Assembly (NCBI GenBank): GCA_021805245.1
Contig: JAJZFS010000075.1
Location: 6,872 to 70,871 of the forward strand
Origin: Pseudomonadota bacterium
GTDB lineage: Bacteria; Pseudomonadota; Alphaproteobacteria; Micavibrionales; UBA2020
Length of the DNA: 64,000 nucleotides
Direction of reading: 5' to 3'
The position numbers and the translations under genes are program-made. A model generated the notes under the pieces. The model was given only the letters and a program-made list of their open reading frames with translations. It made no database searches and was not told the origin of the DNA. Position 1 is the first letter of the stretch. Each line of letters opens with the position of its first letter. Below are positions 42,082-50,756 of the stretch, piece by piece.

Positions 42082-43977
42082 TTAGGGTTTGGGCTGCGGC
42101 TTGTCTGTCCCTGTTTTTGGCGCCGGTTGCGCGTTCGCTTTTGCCTCTTCTTCCTTTTTAAGCGTCTTTTTATCCGGCTTGCCGATCGCGGTGAGCGGCA
42201 GGCTGTCGCGGTATTCGACGAGGCGCGGAATTTCGTAAGGCGCAAGATAGCCTTTGAGGAACTCCTGCAGCGCGGCGCTGTCCAGCGTTTTTCCTTCCTT
42301 GAGGACGATGAAGGCCTTCGGCATCTCGCCGACCTTGGGGTTTTTCACGCCGATGACGCTGACGTCCTTGACGGCGTCATGCTTGCGGATGGCGTTTTCG
42401 ACCTTGAGCGGGAAGATTTTGAGGCCGTTGAGGATGATCATGTCCTTGCTGCGGCCGACGATGAAGACGTAGCCGTCGTTATCGACATAGCCGATATCGC
42501 CGGTGCGCATGAAACCGTCTTTTTCCATCACGTCCGCGGTTTCCTGGGGCTGTTTCCAATAGCCTTGCATGACCTGCGGGCCGCGCAGGCAGATCTCGCC
42601 GACGACTTTGCCCGGCTCCCTGTAATCGGCCAGCGGAATGATTTTGACTTCCGTGCCGGGGAGCGGCATGCCGATCGATTTCGGCTTCTTGACGCCATGG
42701 AGCGGATTGGCGATGGCGGCGGCGGAGCATTCCGACGAGCCGTAGCCTTCGAGCAGCTCGATGCCCGTCACTTGTTTGAAGGCGTCCCTGACGTCGTCGG
42801 GCAACGGCGCGGCGCCGGAGATGCAGATCTCCAGCGAGGAGAGATCGTATTTTGCGAGATCGGGTGCATTGACGACCTTCTTGTAAAGATCGGGGACGCC
42901 CGCGAAGATCGTCGGTTTTTCCCTGGTCACGGTTTCAAGAAAGTCGCCGAGATCGAACTTCGGCATCATGATCAGCTCGGCGCCGATATTGAAGCTCAGG
43001 TTCATCTGCGCCGTCATGCTGAAAACGTGGAAGAACGGCAGCACGGCGAGGATCTTGTCCTGCTTTTCGCGCTTTTCGCCGGCAAGGAACCACATGCCCG
43101 CCTGATTGACGTTGGCGGCGAGGTTGCCCTGGCTCAGCACCGCCGCTTTGGGCACGCCAGTCGTGCCGCCGGTATATTGCAAAACGGCGGTATCCTTCGG
43201 CGAAACCTTGACCGGCGTTAGTGCGCCTTTGGTTTTCACAAGGTCGGAGAAGCGCAGGTGGTTTTTGTCTTTTTTGATTGTTGCGGCGGGCAGCACGCCG
43301 AGTTTTTTGCCGAGTGCGTCGGCTTTTTTGCCGGCATAGCCGAGGAAAATCGCTTTCAGCGGCTGCGCATGGGCGAGGCGCGAAACTTTGTTGAACGTTT
43401 TGTAGAGTACGGCCTGTTTCGTCGGCAGGAAGTCCGCCATGTCGCAGGTGACGATTTTTTTGAGGCTGGCTTGCCCCAGCATGCGCTCGACCTTGGGAAA
43501 GACCTGTTCGAGGTTCAGCGTGATCATCATGTCCGCGTCGCTGTCGCGGATCTGGTGCTCCATTTCCTTTTCGGCGTAGAGCGGGTTGAAGTTCACGACC
43601 GTTGCGCCGATTTTCTGCGCGGCGTAATAGGCGATGACGTAGAAAGGCGAGTTCGGCAGGCACAGGCCGACCTTCGAGCCTTTGCCGATGCCCTGCTCCT
43701 GCAGGCCCTTGGCAAAACGGTCGACCATCGCGCCGGTTTCCTTATAGGTGAATTTTTTGCCGAGGAAGCTGAGGCAGGGACGGTCGGCATATTTTTTGAC
43801 CGCCGCGTCAAATAGCGCGGGAATGGTCGTGTCGGGAATCTCCGCGTCCCATTTCAGTTCCTGCGGATAGGATTTTTCCCACGGATGCGGCGTTGTGTCT
43901 CTGGGAGCCATGAGGTGCGGCCTTTCATATACGTCATAACGGAATTCTTGTGCGCTATTACTTATCATAATCTCCAT
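42082..43977 (-). CDS. fadD: Long-chain-fatty-acid--CoA ligase with a Lys/Pro-rich tail
   Basis: It has the AMP-binding motifs YTGGTTGVPKAA, GYGSSE and TGDIGYVD. The tail is ..KKEEEAKANAQPAPKTGTDKPQPKP*. An alternative start is at 43911. Confidence 0.9.
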   Translation of the reverse strand: MEIMISNSAQEFRYDVYERPHLMAPRDTTPHPWEKSYPQELKWDAEIPDTTIPALFDAAVKKYADRPCLSFLGKKFTYKETGAMVDRFAKGLQEQGIGKGSKVGLCLPNSPFYVIAYYAAQKIGATVVNFNPLYAEKEMEHQIRDSDADMMITLNLEQVFPKVERMLGQASLKKIVTCDMADFLPTKQAVLYKTFNKVSRLAHAQPLKAIFLGYAGKKADALGKKLGVLPAATIKKDKNHLRFSDLVKTKGALTPVKVSPKDTAVLQYTGGTTGVPKAAVLSQGNLAANVNQAGMWFLAGEKREKQDKILAVLPFFHVFSMTAQMNLSFNIGAELIMMPKFDLGDFLETVTREKPTIFAGVPDLYKKVVNAPDLAKYDLSSLEICISGAAPLPDDVRDAFKQVTGIELLEGYGSSECSAAAIANPLHGVKKPKSIGMPLPGTEVKIIPLADYREPGKVVGEICLRGPQVMQGYWKQPQETADVMEKDGFMRTGDIGYVDNDGYVFIVGRSKDMIILNGLKIFPLKVENAIRKHDAVKDVSVIGVKNPKVGEMPKAFIVLKEGKTLDSAALQEFLKGYLAPYEIPRLVEYRDSLPLTAIGKPDKKTLKKEEEAKANAQPAPKTGTDKPQPKP

Positions 43978-44049
43978 AAAACTTATAGAGATTTCTTGTT
44001 ATTAAAAATCAAGGATATAGGACGTCGGCATAATTATTCCATAATAACA

Positions 44050-44078
44050 TTGACAAAAAAGTCGTTTTGTAAAAGAAT
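44050..44078 (+). promoter_or_regulatory. Candidate sigma70-type promoter for the 353-aa orphan hydrolase
   Basis: TTGACA, a 17-nt spacer, then AAGAAT. GGAGG and the ATG follow within 20 nt. Confidence 0.35.
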
Positions 44079-44095
44079 GCCGCCGGAGGTGCGAT

Positions 44096-45157
44096 ATGGG
44101 AAAAATGTGGCGTAGAACCGCGGATGCGGCAGGCAAAGCACAATTGCAGGAAGTGGCGCTCGATCAAGTGCGCATCACCGCGCCGACGGTGGTTTACCTG
44201 TCCGGTTTTTTGACCAACAACAACCGCCCCGGCTACGTTGCCGGCAGCATCAAGAGCATGGAAGTGCTGTTGAAGGACGCCTTTCCGGAGCTGCCGCCCA
44301 TCTACGGCTGGTCGCACACCAGCCTGCGTAACCTTTTCAATCTCGCCCGTTATAACAGCCATCCTTCAACGCGGTCGTCGGATGCGGGGTTCGATATTGC
44401 CGCCGCCGTGCTGATGCCGCTGGTGGCCAGGGATTTTTCCCGCGATCAAAAGGGCAAGCTCACCGGCACGCCGCTGCCGCTCGACGAGGCGAAAAAGAAT
44501 CTCCGCAACGTGACGTTCTTCGGCTATAGCGCCGGTTCCATCGTCGCGCAGGAGACCTACAACGCCCAGCTGCAGATGATGACCAAGATCGGCTACCCCG
44601 AAAAAGACGCGCGTGCGGCGCTCAACGAAGTCGTGCTGATCGCGCCGGGCGTCATCTCCCGTTACACGAAGGAAGATGACCGTTTCACCACTCTTTTTCT
44701 CGTCGCCAGCAACGACCGCATGATGCGCGCCAAAAATTTCATCTGGAGGCCGCTCGCCGCCATATACAACAAGTTTGCCAAACGCATCGAAAACAAAAAC
44801 GGGCTTGTCATCCGCCCGCTGTCCGATACCAGCGTTATCATCAACGCGCCCGTCCGGCCGACCTATTACCAGTGGCAGTACGATGAAAACGGCAACCGCG
44901 TGGAAAAGAAATATTTTCAGCCGCTTTATCCCAAGTGGCTGCACCGCCGGAGCTATCATGAGTTGCCGCATTACATCACGCGCGACGAGAACAACAACAA
45001 GTTTGCCAATGTGGCCTATTATGCCCTTGTCAACGCGCTGAACCGCAAAGACCGTATCGCGCCGCTGGACTTGTTGAAGCCGGTTCCCGCGACAGCGGAT
45101 ACCGCTGCCTATCAAGCCAAAATCGCGGCGGCGGTCAAGCGGGGGAACAAGCTTTAA
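44096..45157 (+). CDS. Hypothetical protein, possibly an alpha/beta-hydrolase (GxSxG)
   Basis: VTFFGYSAGSIVA contains a nucleophile-elbow GYSAG. Later Asp (VASNDRMM) and His (SYHELPHY) residues fall in Ser-Asp-His order. I recognise no closer family. Confidence 0.5.
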   Translation: MGKMWRRTADAAGKAQLQEVALDQVRITAPTVVYLSGFLTNNNRPGYVAGSIKSMEVLLKDAFPELPPIYGWSHTSLRNLFNLARYNSHPSTRSSDAGFDIAAAVLMPLVARDFSRDQKGKLTGTPLPLDEAKKNLRNVTFFGYSAGSIVAQETYNAQLQMMTKIGYPEKDARAALNEVVLIAPGVISRYTKEDDRFTTLFLVASNDRMMRAKNFIWRPLAAIYNKFAKRIENKNGLVIRPLSDTSVIINAPVRPTYYQWQYDENGNRVEKKYFQPLYPKWLHRRSYHELPHYITRDENNNKFANVAYYALVNALNRKDRIAPLDLLKPVPATADTAAYQAKIAAAVKRGNKL

Positions 45158-45342
45158 GGGATCCGCGCGTCACTCCTGGCGCAACCCCGAAGGCTGCCGA
45201 TCCCCATAGAGGACCGTCTTGAGGCTTGAGGCGCCGACCAATATGAAAATATGTCAAGACCCGGTTCATTAAAATTTCATGAATATTCTGTACATATATA
45301 GAAGGTCAACAGAGGGAGGGTGTTCTCTCCGGGCAGGGGACG

Positions 45343-46227
45343 TTGTTTTTTACTGGCAGGATTTTTTTAGTTATATTTATGGCTTTTTTTTCATCGCAGA
45401 CTGCGGTCGCGCAGCAGGCCGCCGCCGCGCCGCCCGCGCATGATACGCCTTATATCGTCGGGCCGAATAAAGTCCGGCTTCATGACATTGCGACATTGGC
45501 GTTGCCGGCAGGCGAGATATTCGTTCCCGAGAAGATGGGAAAAAAGATCATGCGGCGGATGGGAAACTACATGGACAGCTCGTTCATGGGGCTGGTGATC
45601 CCGGAAGACAGGCATGCCGTCTGGTTTGTCGTGCTCGAATACAACGATGCCGGTTTCGTGCGCGATAACGAAGGGAAAAACATCGACCCCGCAAAGATCC
45701 TGAAAGAACTGCGGGAAGCCGTGAAAGAGGATAACGAACAGCGCAAGGCAGACGGAAAGAGGGAAATGCAGATCGTCGGCTGGATAGAGCCGCCGCATTA
45801 CGATGCCGGCAAACATCATTTGATCTGGTCGCTGGAGGCGCATGATGCCGGCGTCACAATCAATCCCGAAACCGATACCGTCAACTACAAAACCTACGCG
45901 CTCGGGCGCTATGGATACATCAGTATGGATCTGGTGACCTTCAAAGACCGTGTCGATACCGACAAGAAAGTCGTCGGGACGCTGTTATCAAATCTCACTT
46001 ACAATGCGGGCAAGCGCTATAAGGACTTCAACGCCAAAACAGACAAAATCGCCGAATACGGCCTTCTGGCGCTGATCGGCGGCATTGCGGCCAAAAAGAT
46101 CGGACTGATCGCGATGATTGTGCTGTTCATGGCGAAGAGCGCCAAGGCCGTCATGCTTGCCGCCGCTGCGGGGGTCGCCTATATCAAACGCCGTCTTGGC
46201 AGAAAGAAAGACGGGGATAACGCTTAA
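45343..46227 (+). CDS. DUF2167-family membrane-anchored protein
   Basis: A TTG start follows AGGGGA. There is an N-terminal signal and a C-terminal TM segment (LLALIGGIAAKKIGLIAMIVLFMA). The core ..WFVVLEYNDAGFV..GWIEPPHYDAGKHHLIWS.. fits DUF2167 as I recall it. Confidence 0.65.
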   Translation: MFFTGRIFLVIFMAFFSSQTAVAQQAAAAPPAHDTPYIVGPNKVRLHDIATLALPAGEIFVPEKMGKKIMRRMGNYMDSSFMGLVIPEDRHAVWFVVLEYNDAGFVRDNEGKNIDPAKILKELREAVKEDNEQRKADGKREMQIVGWIEPPHYDAGKHHLIWSLEAHDAGVTINPETDTVNYKTYALGRYGYISMDLVTFKDRVDTDKKVVGTLLSNLTYNAGKRYKDFNAKTDKIAEYGLLALIGGIAAKKIGLIAMIVLFMAKSAKAVMLAAAAGVAYIKRRLGRKKDGDNA

Positions 46228-46239
46228 AAGGAGGGCCTC

Positions 46240-46956
46240 ATGATGAATTTGCTGGCCCTTTTGTTCAAGGGCGGCCTGCTCGGCAAGGTTCTTCTGTCCG
46301 CCGGCACCATGCTGATCTCCATCCTCGTGTACGCCCAAATATTCGGCTGGCGGTTTGCCGCCGGTTTCGTGGGGCTGATTTTCGTGCATGAAATGGGGCA
46401 TTATCTCGCCGCCCGCCAGCGCGGGCTGAAGGTCGGCCTGCCGACGTTCATTCCCTTCGTCGGCGCATGGATCGACATGAAGGAAAAACCCCACTCCGTC
46501 GAAACGGAAGCTTATGTGGGTCTGGCGGGTCCGCTGGCGGGAACGCTGGGCGCCTTGGGCTGTTACTTCATGGCGCGGCAGGACAGCGACCATCTGCTGC
46601 TGGCGCTGGCCTATGCCGGATTCATGATCAATCTTTTCAACCTCATTCCCGTTTCGCCGCTGGATGGCGGGCGCGTGACGGCCGTGCTGTCACCGCGCAT
46701 ATGGTTTTTGGGCGTGCCGTTATTGATTGCCTGTTTTATCTACATGCCGAGCCCGATCTTGATATTAATCGGCATCGTGGCCTTGCCACAGTTGCGCCGG
46801 GCGTGGCACTATGACCCGCAAGCGCCGGAGAACAGGGCCTACTACGGCATCTCGCTGGAAAACCGGCTGTTTTATACGTTATACTATCTGGCGCTGGTTA
46901 TTTTCCTCGCCTTGATGACATACAATTTGCACAAAATTTTATACGGTAAAATTTAA
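46240..46956 (+). CDS. M50-family (site-2-protease-like) zinc metalloprotease
   Basis: HEMGHYLAA (HExxH) lies in a TM helix, and NLFNLIPVSPLDGGRV supplies the second zinc-ligand motif. AAGGAGG lies upstream. Confidence 0.8.
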   Translation: MMNLLALLFKGGLLGKVLLSAGTMLISILVYAQIFGWRFAAGFVGLIFVHEMGHYLAARQRGLKVGLPTFIPFVGAWIDMKEKPHSVETEAYVGLAGPLAGTLGALGCYFMARQDSDHLLLALAYAGFMINLFNLIPVSPLDGGRVTAVLSPRIWFLGVPLLIACFIYMPSPILILIGIVALPQLRRAWHYDPQAPENRAYYGISLENRLFYTLYYLALVIFLALMTYNLHKILYGKI

Positions 46957-46971
46957 AGAAAGGGATATGAC

Positions 46972-47523
46972 ATGACGGAGACACCGGATACGGACACAGC
47001 ACCTGAAACAACACCGGAAATCTCCGTCGCGCCGCACGTGCCGTCGTCCAAGCAAACCGCGCAGCAGCTCGCGCGGCATATCGAAAACCTGCGCCAGCAG
47101 CAGAGTTTCGGCGCGGCGCTCTCCGCGGGAACGGTGGCCGCGCTGGCCGGCGCGGCGCTGTGGGGCGCCGTTACGGCTGTTACGCACTACGAGCTTGGCC
47201 TCACGGCGGTCGTCGTCGGCGTCATGGTCGGCCTTGCGGTCAGAAAAGCGGGGCACGGCATCGAGAAAAAGTTTGGCGTTCTCGCCGCCGTGCTGGCGCT
47301 GTTCGGTTCCCTCATCGGCAATCTTCTCAGCATCAATGTTGCTATCGCGCAACATTACGGCACGCCCATACCGCATGCCCTGATGCACATGGACTTGCAG
47401 CGCAGCATAAATCTTTTCACGCTGACGTACAGGCCGATGGATCTGCTGTTCTACGCCATCGCCGTGTACGAGGCTTATAGATACGGCTACGGCAGGCTCG
47501 TCGTGCGGAAAAAGAAGACCTGA
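46972..47523 (+). CDS. Hypothetical membrane protein (183 aa)
   Basis: The N-terminus is hydrophilic, followed by 3-4 hydrophobic helices. AAGGGA lies upstream. The gene starts 15 nt after the M50 gene. Confidence 0.5.
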   Translation: MTETPDTDTAPETTPEISVAPHVPSSKQTAQQLARHIENLRQQQSFGAALSAGTVAALAGAALWGAVTAVTHYELGLTAVVVGVMVGLAVRKAGHGIEKKFGVLAAVLALFGSLIGNLLSINVAIAQHYGTPIPHALMHMDLQRSINLFTLTYRPMDLLFYAIAVYEAYRYGYGRLVVRKKKT

Positions 47524-47674
47524 ACGGCGGGAATTTACGCTTAATGGTAAAGTTATGAAAAACTGCTTTTCCGCTTGCGCCGGCGGTAACAGCCTCCTAA
47601 TATGGAATACGGCTTGATCGGCAACGACAGGCACGTAAAAGAACGAGACATATATATACTGTTTGGACTTGATC

Positions 47675-48424
47675 ATGAGACAAGTACCGCAATATCTGAT
47701 CATCGGCAATGGCCGCGTTGCGCGGCACTTATGCCATTATTTCTCCTCACCCGAAATCCATCTGCCCTGCCGCCACTGGCACCGCGCGCTGCCGGAAGCG
47801 CAGCTGCGGGACTGGAAAAAAGAGGCGACGCATATTCTCCTCGCCATCAGCGACGGGGCGATTGAGCCGTTTTGCGATGCGCACCTCAAAGACACGCCCG
47901 CTGTTAAAGTGCATTTCTCCGGCAGTCTTGTTACCGACCGGGCCTGCGGCGCGCATCCTTTGATGACGTTTGGCACTGCGCTGTATCCGGCGGAAAAATA
48001 TCCGGCCATTCCTTTTCTCATTGACGACAACGCGCCGGATTTTGCGGCGCTGTTGCCCGGACTGCCCAATCCGCACGCGCGCCTGCCGCGCGTGCAAAAA
48101 GCGAAATACCACGCGCTGTGCGTCATGGCGGGAAACTTCAGCTGCATTCTGTGGCAGAATCTTTTCTCGTTTCTTGAAAGCGATCTCGGCCTGCCGCCGG
48201 AAACCGCGCACATGTATTTGCAGCAGCAAACGGAAAATTTAAAAGCCGATCCGCGCCGCGCCCTGACCGGACCGCTGGTGCGCGGCGATGACGCGACCAT
48301 CGCGCGCAACATCGCGTCGCTCGCGGGCAGCCCGTTTCAGGACGTTTACAAAGCTTTTGTCGCCGCATGGCGGCAGGGCAACCGCCAGAACAACAGCACT
48401 CACGAAAGGAAGAAAATATCATGA
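47675..48424 (+). CDS. Rossmann plus DUF2520-type protein, candidate ketopantoate reductase (PanG-like)
   Basis: It has IIGNGRVARHL, HFSGSL, HPLMTF, KYHALCVMAGNF and LTGPLVRGD, the last resembling the LTGPIARGD signature of DUF2520. Its stop overlaps the panB ATG as ATGA. Confidence 0.55.
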   Translation: MRQVPQYLIIGNGRVARHLCHYFSSPEIHLPCRHWHRALPEAQLRDWKKEATHILLAISDGAIEPFCDAHLKDTPAVKVHFSGSLVTDRACGAHPLMTFGTALYPAEKYPAIPFLIDDNAPDFAALLPGLPNPHARLPRVQKAKYHALCVMAGNFSCILWQNLFSFLESDLGLPPETAHMYLQQQTENLKADPRRALTGPLVRGDDATIARNIASLAGSPFQDVYKAFVAAWRQGNRQNNSTHERKKIS

Positions 48425-49245
48425 TGAACGTATTCGATTTCAGCAAAAAGAAGGCCGCGGGCGAGAAAATCACCATGATCACCTGCTATGATTACACCAG
48501 CGCGCGGATCGTCGACAAAACCGGCATCGACTGCCTGCTCGTCGGCGACAGCCTTGCCATGACAATGCACGGTTATGACAGCACGCTTCCCGCCACCGTC
48601 GACATGATGGCGCTGCACACCGCCGCCGTCGCGCGCGGCGCGAAAGACAAATTCATCGTCGCCGACCTGCCGTTTCTCTCCTACAGAAAATCGCTTTCCG
48701 ACAACATGGACGCGGCGTTGAAGCTGATGCAGGCCGGCGCACACGCGCTCAAGCTCGAAGGCGCGGCGGGCAATACCGGCTTTGTCCGGCACCTTGTGGA
48801 TTCGGGCGTGCCGGTCATGGGGCATCTCGGCCTCACGCCGCAGTCGGTCAATACGCTCGGCGGTTATCACGTGCAGGGCGGCACGGACGATGCCGCGCGC
48901 CGTCTGGCGGAAGACGCCAAGGCGCTGCAAGAGGCGGGATGCTTCGCGCTGGTGCTGGAATGCGTGCCCGCCGATCTCGCCGCGCGCATCTCGCAGGACC
49001 TTGCGATTGCCACCATCGGCATCGGCGCGGGCGCGGACACGGACGGGCAGGTTCTCGTCATTCAGGATTTGCTCGGCCTTAACCTCGACTTCAGGCCGAA
49101 ATTCGTCAAAAAATTCGCCGAGGGCGCGGCGCTCTTCACCGATGCCATCGAGCAATACAACAAGGAAGTCAAAACAGGAGAATTTCCCCATGCCGAGCAT
49201 AGTTTCGGACCCCGCCGCGTGGCAAAGACAGCGCGCCGCGCTTGA
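48421..49245 (+). CDS. panB: 3-methyl-2-oxobutanoate hydroxymethyltransferase
   Basis: KITMITCYDYTSARI, LVGDSLAMTMHGY, LKLEG, GHLGLTPQS. Confidence 0.9.
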   Translation: MMNVFDFSKKKAAGEKITMITCYDYTSARIVDKTGIDCLLVGDSLAMTMHGYDSTLPATVDMMALHTAAVARGAKDKFIVADLPFLSYRKSLSDNMDAALKLMQAGAHALKLEGAAGNTGFVRHLVDSGVPVMGHLGLTPQSVNTLGGYHVQGGTDDAARRLAEDAKALQEAGCFALVLECVPADLAARISQDLAIATIGIGAGADTDGQVLVIQDLLGLNLDFRPKFVKKFAEGAALFTDAIEQYNKEVKTGEFPHAEHSFGPRRVAKTARRA

Positions 49246-49954
49246 AGGCACGCTCGGCTTCGTGCCGACGATGGGCAACCTGCACGAAGGCCATATGGCG
49301 CTGGTGCGGCAGGCCAAGGCCGAGAATGACCATGTCCTCGTCAGCATCTTCGTCAATCCGACGCAGTTCAACCAACGCGCCGATTACGATGCCTATTTGC
49401 GCACGCTGGCGGACGATGTCGCGCTGCTGGACAAAGCGGGTGTGGAATTTGTTTTTACGCCGGATGAAAAAGCCATGTATCCCGACAACTACGAGATGCA
49501 GGTGCAAGAAACCGTCCTCTCGCAGCAACTGGAAGGCAAGTTCCGCCCCGGCCACTTTCAGGGCATGCTGACCGTGGTGCTCAAGCTGCTCAATATCGCG
49601 GGCGCGACCCGCGCCTACTTTGGCGAGAAGGATTTCCAGCAATTGATGCTGGTGAAGAAGATGGCGCAAGCTTTTTTCCTGCCCGTCGACATCGTCGCCG
49701 TGCCGACCGTGCGCGGGAAAAACGGCTTGGCTTTAAGCTCGCGTAACGGCCGACTTTCGCCGGCGCAGCATGAACAGGCCGTTCTGCTTTCGCAACTGCT
49801 GCGCAGCGAAGCGGCGAACGACGCGGTCGCGCAAAAGCTCGACGCCGCGGGGTTCAAAACGGAATATGTCGCAACAGAGTGGGGCCGCCGCCTTGCCGCC
49901 GCATGGCTGGGCGATGTGCGTCTCATCGACAATGTCAAAGTACAAGGGGAATAA
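49190..49954 (+). CDS. panC: Pantoate--beta-alanine ligase
   Basis: GFVPTMGNLHEGHMALV, SIFVNPTQF, FGEKDFQQ. AGGAG lies 9 nt before the ATG. The gene overlaps the panB 3' end. Confidence 0.9.
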   Translation: MPSIVSDPAAWQRQRAALEGTLGFVPTMGNLHEGHMALVRQAKAENDHVLVSIFVNPTQFNQRADYDAYLRTLADDVALLDKAGVEFVFTPDEKAMYPDNYEMQVQETVLSQQLEGKFRPGHFQGMLTVVLKLLNIAGATRAYFGEKDFQQLMLVKKMAQAFFLPVDIVAVPTVRGKNGLALSSRNGRLSPAQHEQAVLLSQLLRSEAANDAVAQKLDAAGFKTEYVATEWGRRLAAAWLGDVRLIDNVKVQGE

Positions 49955-49955
49955 A

Positions 49956-50756
49956 ATGCTACTCTGTCTTGATGTGGGAAATTCGCACGCTGTCGGCGCT
50001 GTCTTCGACGGGGAAAAAGTCGTTCTGCGCTTCCGCCACGCGACGGCGCAAATCGGCACCGCCGACCAGTTCGGGCTTTTTGTGCGCAATCTTCTTTCCA
50101 CCAGCGATATCGACCATAAAAAAATCGCCGTAACGGCGCTCTGCTCGGTCGTGCCGGGCGTGAACTTCACGATCCGCCATGCTTTTTCGGCCTACTTTCC
50201 GCATGCGGAGTATTTTATGCTGCAGGCGGGGGTTAAAACTGGCATCAACATCAAATACAAAAATCCGGCGGAAGTCGGCGCCGACCTGATCGCGGGGGCA
50301 ATCGGCGCCACGCACGCGTTTCCGGACAGAAACCTCATCATCGCCGATCTCGGCACGGCGACGACCGTCACCGCCGTTTCGCGTGCGGGCGATTTTCTCG
50401 GCGGCGTGATCATGCCCGGCCTGCGTCTTTGCATGGAGAGCCTGAAATCGAACACCGCCAAGCTCATGGAGGTCGACATCGAAACGCCGGACACCTATCT
50501 CGGCCAGTCGACACGCGAATGCATCCAGCGCGGGCTCTACTTCGGCCATCTCGGCGCCCTGCGCGAGATCGTTGCAGGCTACAACAAGGAATTATACGAC
50601 GGTGCGCCCGCGACCGTCATCGGCACGGGCGGATTCTCGCAGCTCTTCAAGGACCAGAACATCTTCCATGCCATTCTGCCCGACCTCGTTTCGCATGGCA
50701 TCCGCATCGCTTACGAGAATACGCAGGCGGTGCAAGCGAAAAAGGCGCTGCCATGA
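49956..50756 (+). CDS. coaX: Type III pantothenate kinase
   Basis: MLLCLDVGNSH, ...ADLGTATTV..., ...IGTGG.... The gene starts 1 nt after the panC stop. Confidence 0.9.
   Translation: MLLCLDVGNSHAVGAVFDGEKVVLRFRHATAQIGTADQFGLFVRNLLSTSDIDHKKIAVTALCSVVPGVNFTIRHAFSAYFPHAEYFMLQAGVKTGINIKYKNPAEVGADLIAGAIGATHAFPDRNLIIADLGTATTVTAVSRAGDFLGGVIMPGLRLCMESLKSNTAKLMEVDIETPDTYLGQSTRECIQRGLYFGHLGALREIVAGYNKELYDGAPATVIGTGGFSQLFKDQNIFHAILPDLVSHGIRIAYENTQAVQAKKALP

Noticed and set aside
38757-43815. Plus-strand ORFs opposite maeA (391 aa) and fadD (395 and 185 aa), and minus-strand ORFs opposite the 430-aa gene
   Set aside because: They have antisense-frame composition. The opposite strands carry malic-enzyme and AMP-binding motifs, or the better-supported 430-aa ORF with its promoter and RBS.
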